A stretch of DNA of 64,000 bases from a virus. Positions 7,835-16,581 of the stretch are shown here, in pieces. The stretch is taken from IMG/VR virus record IMGVR_UViG_3300050821_001343, positions 1 through 64,000 of that record; one strand, written 5' to 3'. The notes under the pieces are model-generated. The model had not been told where the DNA came from. It worked only from the letters and a program-made list of their open reading frames with translations, and ran no database searches. Each line of letters begins with the position of its first letter. The stretch's first letter is position 1. A program made the translations under genes and the position numbers.

Positions 7835-8335
7835 TTAACTAAAATCGTACATGCTTTCGTTTACTACAGGGGCGTCCGTGTTTGGGTCGCCTAGCGTCCC
7901 TACGGCGGCATTGCCCTCCACCATCGGCTTTTCTGATTCCGACACAGGTTCTATCTGTCGTTCACTTTCCTTTATACTACCACTCTTCTGCTGTTTTGTC
8001 AAGGCCAATTTTGCAATTCTTCGCTCACGTCTTGCTTTTTTCATATCGACGTGCCGTTTAACGTTCGGCAATTTAGACATGTGAGCGGCAGTAGCCTCTT
8101 CACAAAATTGGGCTACTTGCCGCATCATAGTATAGCTAATGACTGAAGTGAGTTGGAAGAAACCGTACTGTCGGTAGCCAGTCCACCATTTAACGTAGCC
8201 GAGGAGCGAACGATGCGCTTTATCGAATACGCTAAACTGCCTTGTCTTCGACCCAATGTGTGCAGGGCCATCATCTCGAAAGACCAAATGGCTAGACTTC
8301 CATAGGTCTAGGTCGATGCGCTCAATCTCAATCAT
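7835..8335 (-). CDS. hypothetical protein (paralog of 4099-4308 plus basic/acidic tail)
   Basis: LLGYVKWWTGYRQYGFF; start placed 7 nt after a -10 box. Confidence 0.7.
   Translation of the reverse strand: MIEIERIDLDLWKSSHLVFRDDGPAHIGSKTRQFSVFDKAHRSLLGYVKWWTGYRQYGFFQLTSVISYTMMRQVAQFCEEATAAHMSKLPNVKRHVDMKKARRERRIAKLALTKQQKSGSIKESERQIEPVSESEKPMVEGNAAVGTLGDPNTDAPVVNESMYDFS
7974..8002 (-). promoter_or_regulatory. sigma70-type promoter upstream of the tmRNA/tRNA block
   Basis: TTGACA-17-TAGTAT, extended TG. Confidence 0.7.
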
Positions 8336-8342
8336 CGAATAC

Positions 8343-8371
8343 AGTATATCATACTTTCCTGCGTTTGTCAA
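8343..8371 (-). promoter_or_regulatory. sigma70-type promoter (leaderless transcript)
   Basis: TTGACA-17-TATACT, extended TG, ATG 7 nt downstream. Confidence 0.75.
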
Positions 8372-8729
8372 GTGATTTTTGAGCCTTTTCTTTATCATTG
8401 GCAATGAACTGGACTACATAGCCGATGGAATAGGCAAAAACCTCTTCATCAGGATTAGCTCCTATATAGTTGAACATATTCGTCACGGCATGATATGCTT
8501 CATGCACCATGTGGTTGATAGTTGCTGTCCGTTTCAGAACTACAAACGTGTAGCTCTGGTTAGGCATCTTAACTGTGAAGCCATCAGTGGTATCGTCTAC
8601 CCAGTGGGCACTTTTAAGAAATCCCTTCTTGACGAGATTCTTAGCGCTATCAACCAAGTTGTCCGTGAATATAACATAAATCCGGTAGTTATATACAGGG
8701 AACGGGATTATTGTCTTAGATTCGCTCAT
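8349..8729 (-). CDS. HExxH-motif protein (putative metallopeptidase)
   Basis: HEAYH...EEVFAY. Confidence 0.7.
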   Translation of the reverse strand: MSESKTIIPFPVYNYRIYVIFTDNLVDSAKNLVKKGFLKSAHWVDDTTDGFTVKMPNQSYTFVVLKRTATINHMVHEAYHAVTNMFNYIGANPDEEVFAYSIGYVVQFIANDKEKAQKSLDKRRKV

Positions 8730-8735
8730 TGCTCC

Positions 8736-11459
8736 TCACTTCTTCCAATAGGCTGCGATGTTGTAGTCGAACTCCATGACTACACGTTTCATCTTCATTG
8801 CGGCTGCTCTCTTAAAGGCATCCCCGATCAGGTCTGCAACTTTCTGTGCGTATCTCTTCGGGCATTGTACGACCAATTCATCGTGTACGAACTTAATCAA
8901 CGTGGCACGGTACTGAGGAAGAGTGTGCCACAAGAACGGAATCCCATTCTGATCATAACCCGACCCCATTGCTTTTTTCGCAATCGTTGCATTAGTCGCC
9001 TGAATGCGGTGATTCTTTCCTTGGCGAGTAATACGGCTCGTCATCTGAAACCAACTGCGGCTAATTTCGTTTGCAGTCGGCTGTCGATGAGACAGATCAA
9101 ACATCTCAAGTTGTGTCGGCTTGCGACCCTTTATTGTGATAAACGTGTTTACGTTTTTCTCAGTGTCCTCATCTTTCAGGCGAAGGTCTTTTTCGTTCCA
9201 CTCCTTGCAGTTCTCAATCGCACGTGCTTGTGTTGGCTCAGGAAGCAAGCGGCGGCGTCCGAACAGATCAAATGCTTTGAACTTCCTTGCAGCCTCATCG
9301 CCGCTGTTTTTCAAATATGCCCAAATGCGAGGATTCTTGGCTTCGTGCAAAGCCATCAATTCTTTTGCGTGCTTGACGGTTTGTTTGATTTCCTTTGCTA
9401 GTTTGTTCGGCCCTCCACCATAGGCAAGCAGGAAGTTGGTAGACTTGTTGTTATCACGTAACTCTTTATGCTTCTCGCATTTGCATTTCTGCCGTTGTGG
9501 ATCACCAACAGTACATAGAGTATTTTTAGCAACCGATTCAGCGGTGTGAGTCTTAAAATATGCGCAATCTTCCAGAGCGTATTTCGGCCATTCAATTTCG
9601 TACAGAAGTTCAGTTCCTACTGAGTGAACGTCTTCTTTACGCCTGAATGCGTTGATCCATACGGGGTCATTAGCATCGTCCGCAATAATGCGTAACTCTG
9701 CGCCGGACATGTCAGCAGTGACTAGTACGTTTTCTTCAGCGTGCGTTGTACATTCGTTTCCACATTTCTGGCAGTAGAAGTTGAACTCACCGAATGCATT
9801 TGGCTCGTAGCTTGTATTGTCTTCACAACAGTCGCTAACTCTAACGTCTTCATTCGGAGGGTCGGCAACAAAGCAACTACGCACTTCCTTATCTTGTGGA
9901 AGATTCTGACCGTTCGGCTTCGATGAACTACTGCGACCTGTCCCGGCGTCATATTGGTTGAACTCGCAGTGAAGCCGTCCATCTCCGGGGTGCAACCATC
10001 CTTCTTCTTTGCACGGATGTGTTGTCCACGTCTGTGCCCACGCGTCTCCATAGGTGCCGATTTGTTTTGACAATCCATGATACTCTCGTATCAACTTCAT
10101 AACAGGAATTTTTTCAAACTTCTCTAGCGTCTCATCATCAAGGTTCTCAAGTTTCTCAAGCTTGGGGAAGTTCTCTTTGAGCACTTTCAACAACTGCGCG
10201 TCAGAGCCGTAGTTAATCAGAGCCTCTCCTTCGCAATCAGCGGCAAGGTTCTTGATCTTAGTACGTTTCTTTTTCAGATCACCACACTGTGCCTTGAGAA
10301 TGTCCTTCTGTGCTTTACGTGCTTGTTCCCATTGGCTAAGTTTGATTTCCAATTCGGCAATGTCAATATCGCTTATTTCGTTAAGATTTTTCTTTCTGTC
10401 GCGCTTCATCTGTGACAGTTGTGCTTTCATCTTAACTTCTTCGTCAGTCGGTGTAGACCCCAGTGCCTTCCATTCAGCTTCAAGCTTGGTGATGATATTC
10501 TCGTCAATTGCTTCCAACTTCGATCCCACAATTGGTAGGAAAATCACATCTAGGTATTGAAGATTGAGTTTGTACTTGTCTTTCGACTTTTGCACACGTT
10601 CTAGCCACTTCTCTGTAGCAATACGCTCTCCGTGAAGATGCATGTCCACAAAACTACCAATGGCTTCGTTCTCGATTTCGATAATTTCGTGGAGGTTGTC
10701 TCCAAGAATTATGCTGTCTAGGTAGTAAAGGTAGTCTGCAAGTTTTGGCTTTCCATGGGCTTTCAACGATGCTGGAGTCTCACCGCTAGCAATCACAGAC
10801 TGGAGAAGCTTGATCCCAATTGGTGTCCTCGTATCTAGTGCGGCGTATTCATACTGCGCATCGGAAATTTCATCATCAAGGTTGAACGACATTTGCAGCG
10901 TTTTGTCAATAGTTTTTCCGAAGTAACGCTCCATGAGTGATTCCATGGAGTAAAAGTCGTAGTTCTTCAACGAGGCGTGTCCACCGAGTCCAGCGTAGAT
11001 ACACTTCTCGGCCATCATGCAGTCGTACCATCCGTACGCACGAATACCCAACAGCCAATATAGGCACTCATACTCGAAGGCTAGGTTTACACCAACTTTT
11101 ATCCATTTGTCAGAAACTAAATACTTAGCTAACTTATTCAGTAGGTTTTGCAATCCCGGTGCCAGATGCAAGTTCGCACCGTAGTTCCCTTGACAGTTAT
11201 ACAATGTTTCGCCGCTACGGTCACACAATGCTCTTAAATCAATTACATACTGCTCGGTGTTGTTACCGAACTGCATGGTTCTTACCCTACGCCAAAAGTA
11301 ATCTTTGGTGGGTGTTGTTTCGCTGTCGAATCCAAATTCAGGTGTACGCTCAAGGAAGTCAATCAGCTTCTCAAACGAGTCGTTATCCACAACTCTTGTG
11401 ATATTAGGAGGAGGATTGAGAACGAGCGGCGTTAGTTCACGTTCCGCTATAATTGGCAT
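8736..11459 (-). CDS. polA: family A DNA polymerase with 3'-5' exonuclease
   Basis: Exo motifs DSET and YAALD; TGRSSS..PNGQNLP; motif A DMSGAELR, motif B K.TNF..AYG, motif C HDEL. Confidence 0.95.
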   Translation of the reverse strand: MPIIAERELTPLVLNPPPNITRVVDNDSFEKLIDFLERTPEFGFDSETTPTKDYFWRRVRTMQFGNNTEQYVIDLRALCDRSGETLYNCQGNYGANLHLAPGLQNLLNKLAKYLVSDKWIKVGVNLAFEYECLYWLLGIRAYGWYDCMMAEKCIYAGLGGHASLKNYDFYSMESLMERYFGKTIDKTLQMSFNLDDEISDAQYEYAALDTRTPIGIKLLQSVIASGETPASLKAHGKPKLADYLYYLDSIILGDNLHEIIEIENEAIGSFVDMHLHGERIATEKWLERVQKSKDKYKLNLQYLDVIFLPIVGSKLEAIDENIITKLEAEWKALGSTPTDEEVKMKAQLSQMKRDRKKNLNEISDIDIAELEIKLSQWEQARKAQKDILKAQCGDLKKKRTKIKNLAADCEGEALINYGSDAQLLKVLKENFPKLEKLENLDDETLEKFEKIPVMKLIREYHGLSKQIGTYGDAWAQTWTTHPCKEEGWLHPGDGRLHCEFNQYDAGTGRSSSSKPNGQNLPQDKEVRSCFVADPPNEDVRVSDCCEDNTSYEPNAFGEFNFYCQKCGNECTTHAEENVLVTADMSGAELRIIADDANDPVWINAFRRKEDVHSVGTELLYEIEWPKYALEDCAYFKTHTAESVAKNTLCTVGDPQRQKCKCEKHKELRDNNKSTNFLLAYGGGPNKLAKEIKQTVKHAKELMALHEAKNPRIWAYLKNSGDEAARKFKAFDLFGRRRLLPEPTQARAIENCKEWNEKDLRLKDEDTEKNVNTFITIKGRKPTQLEMFDLSHRQPTANEISRSWFQMTSRITRQGKNHRIQATNATIAKKAMGSGYDQNGIPFLWHTLPQYRATLIKFVHDELVVQCPKRYAQKVADLIGDAFKRAAAMKMKRVVMEFDYNIAAYWKK

Positions 11460-11466
11460 TCTTCTC

Positions 11467-11495
11467 ATATTACCACAAATCGTCTAAATTGTCAA
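11467..11495 (-). promoter_or_regulatory. sigma70-type promoter of the polymerase (leaderless)
   Basis: TTGACA-17-TAATAT, extended TG, ATG 7 nt downstream. Confidence 0.75.
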
Positions 11496-11518
11496 GTAAA
11501 GTTTTTTTGCGAAAAGAC

Positions 11519-11547
11519 TTGACAAATCCCCCGAAGTGTGATATACT
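11519..11547 (+). promoter_or_regulatory. divergent sigma70-type promoter
   Basis: TTGACA-17-TATACT, extended TG. Confidence 0.8.
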
Positions 11548-11576
11548 TGGTTTAATGTCAAAGTGTGAGGAGACAC

Positions 11577-12002
11577 ATGTCTGAGTACGTTCTACATTTC
11601 GATGGAAGCTGTGGTCCGACAAATCCGGGGCCGTTCGCTGGTTACGGGTATGTCATCTCTAAAGATGGCTTCATTAAGGAAAATGAATCAGGTCCATTGG
11701 TCGGGCAGACATTCAGCAACAATTATGCTGAATTCTATGCCCTATTCAAAGGACTCGACTACCTATTGACAATTCTCCAACCCTCTGACAAGTTGTTCAT
11801 TCGCGGCGATTCCGCCTTGGTTATCAACATCATGCGCGGTAAGTGGCGTCCGAAAGACTCCGGTATCTATTTTCCAGCCTATCTACTGGCAAGTAATGCG
11901 CTAACCTGCATTCGGCGGGATCGCGTTCATGTGTCGATAGACTGGGTTCCCCGAGAAATGAATACACAAGCAGATGCATTATCAACATCGTACCGCACGT
12001 AG
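11577..12002 (+). CDS. rnhA: ribonuclease HI-family protein
   Basis: FDGSC..NPG, NNYAEF, GDS..VI and WVPRE.N..AD catalytic DEDD set. Confidence 0.92.
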   Translation: MSEYVLHFDGSCGPTNPGPFAGYGYVISKDGFIKENESGPLVGQTFSNNYAEFYALFKGLDYLLTILQPSDKLFIRGDSALVINIMRGKWRPKDSGIYFPAYLLASNALTCIRRDRVHVSIDWVPREMNTQADALSTSYRT

Positions 12003-12016
12003 CTTCGTGGCACAGC

Positions 12017-12519
12017 GAATTAACGGGCCACTTGATATGAAAAACGGAGTGACTATCTCCGGTAAACATGCGTAATCGTGTTTATTTTCATGTACATGGC
12101 ATTACAACTTTCAACTATGAGGACTTGGCGCTCTGAGCAATCAGGCGTTCTCCGAATTGCTTAAAACCAGACAACTATACGGGACTCCCGGCGACGGGTA
12201 AACGGTTGAAAAGACATGCTTTGCAATAAAACCTAACTAAGTAGGTTGGAATTCTGCTATCGGGTAGGGGCCATAAGCACGCCTGAAGGGAAAAGATTAC
12301 AACCCTTCACTATTTTGAATGAAAAGCCAACAGCGATCTTTGGTAACAATGTGAGTTTGATACCTTACATTGATTTAGAGCCAATGTCTTAGCTAAATGT
12401 TCACTTTATCTTTAGCGATGATATGTTCAAAATAAGCAGTATTATCCAAGACTAGTACAATATCCTACCATGACCAATTGGTGAGTTAACTAGTCGTTCT
12501 TAGCGTTAGTCGTTAATTT
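12017..12519 (+). ncRNA. putative large structured ncRNA
   Basis: no convincing ORF; more than 10 nested helices with G-U pairs and a GCGA tetraloop; terminal helix GAATTAACGG/TCGTTAATTT. Confidence 0.6.
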
Positions 12520-12564
12520 TCATAATAACTTGCCGGGATATTACCCGGTAGGAAGGGGAGAATT

Positions 12565-13002
12565 GTGCCTAGAAACTGGAAAAGACGGAATAAAGTATCT
12601 GAAAAAGGTTTTGTAGTAGCTAAAAAGTTCCAAAACGTCCATAAGGAGCATAGATTGACCTTTTTGGTGTCATGTCTTAGACTGGATAGCCCCGATTTGC
12701 AGTTGAAGGGCCACTTGCGGAGGCGAGGGTTCAACGGTAGTAAAGGATGGTCGCTTCCTCTAACTGATAAGAGTGAGTGTTATCTGTGTAAAGGTAAAGC
12801 AACCCTGAGACACCATGTGATTCCGCTCGTTAAGGGAGGTCGAAACAAACTCAATAACATCGTTCCCCTCTGCCAACCATGCCATTGTCGGGTACATCCA
12901 CACATGCAGAAAGGATATAAACGTCCTGAACGATCCGTTCATCGACAGGTCTTAGGTAAACCATTGCAAACAATAGTTGTAATTCCTCCAAAATCGGTTT
13001 AG
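12565..13002 (+). CDS. HNH endonuclease
   Basis: CYLC..HHVIP...GG.N...N...LCQPCH; GGGGAG RBS and GTG start. Confidence 0.85.
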   Translation: MPRNWKRRNKVSEKGFVVAKKFQNVHKEHRLTFLVSCLRLDSPDLQLKGHLRRRGFNGSKGWSLPLTDKSECYLCKGKATLRHHVIPLVKGGRNKLNNIVPLCQPCHCRVHPHMQKGYKRPERSVHRQVLGKPLQTIVVIPPKSV

Positions 13003-13309
13003 TGAAAAACTATTTTTCATAAAAATATCTCCTTTCTACTCAACAACTTAATATACAGGAACCTATGAAAAGGGCTATAAACCCCTTGACAGGTGTGATA
13101 TAATAGGATTATACAATAGAAAGAAAGACGAAACACTATCCAGATCACTCTGGATCATGCTCTGGACCCAGAGTAATGGGCACAAGAACAGGGCGGGGGC
13201 CTCCTCCAGCCGCACTTCGGTGCGGTTCCTCCGTCCTCGATTTTAACCTCAATGGAGAGACGGGGCTAGTTTTCCTCTATGGACTAGCCCTTTCGTTTTT
13301 GGAGTCAAC

Positions 13310-13585
13310 ATGCCCGCAGTCGGAAATTCAGTTGCCTTTCAAGTTGCCATTGCATCAACAGGTGTTCCACAGCAACTTCCAGCAAATGCTTTACAGAACG
13401 GTGGAACTCTGGCTGCTAAGACCGGCAACACGGCAGCAGTTTCGATTAGCCCGAATCCAGCCGTTACTGCTACTACTGGCTTTTTGCTAGGAGCAGGACA
13501 ACAGGCTCCGTTCACTGGTAGTAATACGAACCAACTTTGGGTCGTTGGCACCGCAGCAGATGTAATTTCGTTTTTGGGTAATTAA
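13310..13585 (+). CDS. small beta-rich putative virion protein
   Basis: GGAG RBS; Ala/Gly/Thr-rich. Confidence 0.65.
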   Translation: MPAVGNSVAFQVAIASTGVPQQLPANALQNGGTLAAKTGNTAAVSISPNPAVTATTGFLLGAGQQAPFTGSNTNQLWVVGTAADVISFLGN

Positions 13586-13613
13586 AGCGTACTTGATACG
13601 CAAGGATTGATAA

Positions 13614-14735
13614 ATGGCATTTGATAGCGTGTTTCAAGGACCGCCCGAAGATGTAGCTGCACCGGGTACGGCTCAGTCCCCTTCATTGGGTGTCGATGTT
13701 GTAAACAAAGAATTGTATGTTTCTGCTGGTGAAGGATGGCAGGAGTTGTCTTCCAGCGGCGGTGAAACACCGGGCGGAAGCAATGGTGAACTTCAATATA
13801 ACAATTCCGGTGCATTCGCTGGTACTTCTGGTGGAAGCACCAACGGCAATCATTTTGCATTTGGAGACGGATCAGTAATAGATACGGCTGCGACTACTGC
13901 CCCAGATGGAGAGTTTGCTACACCAGCAAAAGCGATAGCGTGTTTTCAGGAAGAAACCTACACTGATCCCGGTTTGGAGAACGGTGTTTATGTTGAAATT
14001 GATTTGGCTCCATCTTCTCCAGTTGCGGCAGGACTTGCGGCAGTTGGCGAATATGTAAATGTTATAGCTGATGACAGCCCTAATTGGAACGCTGATGACA
14101 ACTTTATAATCGGTTCGTGGCAATCTGCGAATGGTGCGGTCAATAGTCCTAATGTGTCTCCTAGTTTGATTGGCGGAGCGTTCGGCTCCTATGTTTATGG
14201 CAGCGCAGATATTATAGCCGCACATGGTACTTATTTCGATGCCTTTCATTTAGGTACTGGAACCGTAGACGATCTTGTAGGTGCAGAAGTTGCGTTGCAA
14301 AACGCCTCAACTGGAGAACTCACCCAAACAGACGGCGTTCGAGTCATGTTTTATGGCGGCGGTGCCGGTGGTACAACTGAGAATTATAAAGCACTTCATG
14401 TAGGCTCTCCTCTTAATAACGGAGACACGATTACTCTTGTAACTGGACTTCAAATTGATGCGTTAGAGACTGCGGGGGTAGGTACAGCAATTCCTATCAA
14501 CTCATTAAGTACAAGTCCGTCACAGTTTGTAGGGCCAATTGAACTACCGTATACCAAGGCTAAGGTTGTCTATAGTGCAGCCGGAACACCGATTATACCA
14601 GCGGCTACGGCAGGAGTCGGAGCAAGAGCATTTGTAAGCGATGCAACGGCTAACGTATATGGGAGCGCATATACTAGTGGAGGGTCAGTGAAGGCCCCAG
14701 TTTACTCGGATGGAACAAATTGGTTGATGGGGTAA
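13614..14735 (+). CDS. putative capsid-associated fibre/spike protein
   Basis: N-terminus shared with 25426-25938; PGGSNGELQYNNSGAFAG fibre motif; C-terminal VPVYSDGTNW-type domain. Confidence 0.7.
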   Translation: MAFDSVFQGPPEDVAAPGTAQSPSLGVDVVNKELYVSAGEGWQELSSSGGETPGGSNGELQYNNSGAFAGTSGGSTNGNHFAFGDGSVIDTAATTAPDGEFATPAKAIACFQEETYTDPGLENGVYVEIDLAPSSPVAAGLAAVGEYVNVIADDSPNWNADDNFIIGSWQSANGAVNSPNVSPSLIGGAFGSYVYGSADIIAAHGTYFDAFHLGTGTVDDLVGAEVALQNASTGELTQTDGVRVMFYGGGAGGTTENYKALHVGSPLNNGDTITLVTGLQIDALETAGVGTAIPINSLSTSPSQFVGPIELPYTKAKVVYSAAGTPIIPAATAGVGARAFVSDATANVYGSAYTSGGSVKAPVYSDGTNWLMG

Positions 14736-14855
14736 CTGTGTAAATAAGTTTCAAAGAGGTCGCCAGAATCACAGATTCCTAACATGAGCGACTATGGGGC
14801 CATGCCCCAATATCGGAGCGGGGACCGAATTAGTCCCCGCTACAAAGGAGACTTA

Positions 14856-15272
14856 ATGTTCTCGAAAGTCAAAGTGAAAAAGGGAGCACTTGACTATTTT
14901 CGAAAACTTGCGAGAAACAGTCCCCTAGAAGTTCACGCATATCTACTCGGTAATGTGATTTCACCAGAGCTAGTAGAAGCGACTGATTTTGTATACCCTA
15001 AAGAATATGACCAGCAGACTGCTACACATGTGCAATGGACTGCTGATGAGTATGAGAAACTGAAGAAACGCGCCGAACAAGAAGGGAAACGTGTCGTTGG
15101 AGACATACACTCGCACCCGTCTTGGGACGCCGTTATGAGTCCTTCCGACTACAAAGCTTGCTTACTTGATGGGTTAACTATTTGCGCCATTGTTTCTGTG
15201 TATGAAAAGAAAACTAGAGTGCGGTTTTGGACACCGACAAGTGCCCTGCCGTGCGAGATGATCTACACGTAA
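14856..15272 (+). CDS. JAB/MPN (JAMM) metalloprotease-domain protein
   Basis: E...HSHP-x5-SPSD JAMM motif; AAGGAG RBS. Confidence 0.85.
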   Translation: MFSKVKVKKGALDYFRKLARNSPLEVHAYLLGNVISPELVEATDFVYPKEYDQQTATHVQWTADEYEKLKKRAEQEGKRVVGDIHSHPSWDAVMSPSDYKACLLDGLTICAIVSVYEKKTRVRFWTPTSALPCEMIYT

Positions 15273-15288
15273 CTCTTGAGGAGGAGTT

Positions 15289-15603
15289 ATGCCGTTTGAG
15301 AAATCAGAGAATACACCCAAGTTTTACACTGGGCAAAATCTTCTCAAGAATTACTGGAAAACGGTAATCGAAAACATCAACTCTTCACCGGCTCAAGTTA
15401 CGCTTGGGGTGACGTGGATGATGTTTTTATGCGCTGAGACAGAAGAGACTAGAAACATTGGTAAACTTGCTCTCATTGCGCACTACGGCAAACAACTCTT
15501 CTCGAAAGGTGTCACAGACCTTGATGGACTTGTGGAAGACGCAAAGGAAAACACAGCGTCAACGGGTTCGGCAATTCTGGATCAATTCAAGGAGAGACTA
15601 TGA
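15289..15603 (+). CDS. hypothetical protein
   Basis: GAGGAG RBS. Confidence 0.7.
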   Translation: MPFEKSENTPKFYTGQNLLKNYWKTVIENINSSPAQVTLGVTWMMFLCAETEETRNIGKLALIAHYGKQLFSKGVTDLDGLVEDAKENTASTGSAILDQFKERL

Positions 15604-15824
15604 GTGTCTACAAAGTAGAGCGCATCGAAGCCGAGAAGTTTTCGAAAGTCTGGAACAAGAAAGGCATCGCAATCATTCTGACACCAGAGGCAATTGACTT
15701 TGCCACAGATTTTTCTAACGTAGTGCTCAACAACTTCATCGGCATGTGTCAAGCACAGGCAAAAGAAGCCGCCGCGAAAGCAGCACAAGAGGCCAAGCCG
15801 AAGATCATTATTGAAGGTATTTAG
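15600..15824 (+). CDS. hypothetical protein
   Basis: ATGA overlap; AAGGAG RBS. Confidence 0.7.
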   Translation: MSVYKVERIEAEKFSKVWNKKGIAIILTPEAIDFATDFSNVVLNNFIGMCQAQAKEAAAKAAQEAKPKIIIEGI

Positions 15825-15830
15825 TTTTAC

Positions 15831-15905
15831 TGGCAGATCGTATAACGGTAGTATGGGACACTGTTAATGTCTAAGGCGCTGGTTCGAATCCAGCTTTGCC
15901 AGCCA
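15831..15905 (+). tRNA. tRNA-Asn(GTT)
   Basis: GGACA-CTGTTAA-TGTCT; G73; CCA. Confidence 0.92.
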
Positions 15906-16032
15906 TTTATTTTTCAGGGTTAGAGCCTGTCAAATACTCTCACAATTCAAACTTGCACCGAGAGAAATCTCGGTGACAACACGGAGGGGCTAGCTCTAAC
16001 CTAGCTCCTCTGATTTTTGAATTGGAGATGAC

Positions 16033-16581
16033 ATGTTTAGGAAAGTAAAATTTAATCTAACAGGACAAACATTTGGATGCCTAACTGCCATAGAAAGGGC
16101 AGTAAGTCCGAAATATGATAAAAAACAAGCTTATTGGAGATGTCGTTGCTCTTGTGGTAACTATCTAAATGTAGGCTCTTTTGAGATTAGAAATCGCAGA
16201 AACATCGGATGTGGGGTTTGTCGAAGCGCGGTATCACGGCTCATTGGCAGTGCGGCTTCGGTATTGTTTAAACGATACAAACGTGAAGCAGAAGAAAGAA
16301 ACCTAGAGTTTTGCTTAACTCCAATGCAATTTAAGGAAATAACACAGAAAAATTGCAAATACTGCGGAATAGTTCCGAATCAGATAATAAAACAAAAAAT
16401 TGCTAACAAGAAAACCGAAGAATATACATATAATGGAGTTGATAGAGTGGATAGTGCAGTTGGTTATACATTGACCAATTGCGTTCCATGTTGCAAAATG
16501 TGCAATGGTGCTAAGAGAGACTATTGCGAGGAAGACTTTTTAAGATGGGTTCGGCGTTTATATGAGCACTCACTCACATGA
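16033..16581 (+). CDS. HNH-type homing endonuclease
   Basis: LTGQTFG.LT...W.CRCSCG N-domain; CKYCG..NGVDRVDS..GY...NCVPCC..CN. Confidence 0.85.
   Translation: MFRKVKFNLTGQTFGCLTAIERAVSPKYDKKQAYWRCRCSCGNYLNVGSFEIRNRRNIGCGVCRSAVSRLIGSAASVLFKRYKREAEERNLEFCLTPMQFKEITQKNCKYCGIVPNQIIKQKIANKKTEEYTYNGVDRVDSAVGYTLTNCVPCCKMCNGAKRDYCEEDFLRWVRRLYEHSLT

Noticed and set aside
8379-9401. 340-aa plus-strand ORF
   Set aside because: Antisense shadow of polA and its neighbour; no recognisable motifs.
9735-9860. Intein in the DNA polymerase
   Set aside because: Insertion is only ~38 aa and lacks the C1...HN-C/S/T splice motifs.
12017-12519. Group I/II intron or RNase P RNA
   Set aside because: No domain V, P7 core or GAGGAAAGUCC signature could be identified, and no interrupted host gene is evident.
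12565-13002. IscB/OMEGA nuclease
   Set aside because: Only 145 aa with no PLMP or RuvC motifs; kept only as HNH next to a structured RNA.
13086-13103. TTGACA/TATAAT canonical promoter
   Set aside because: Spacer is only 7 nt; only the extended -10 is plausible.
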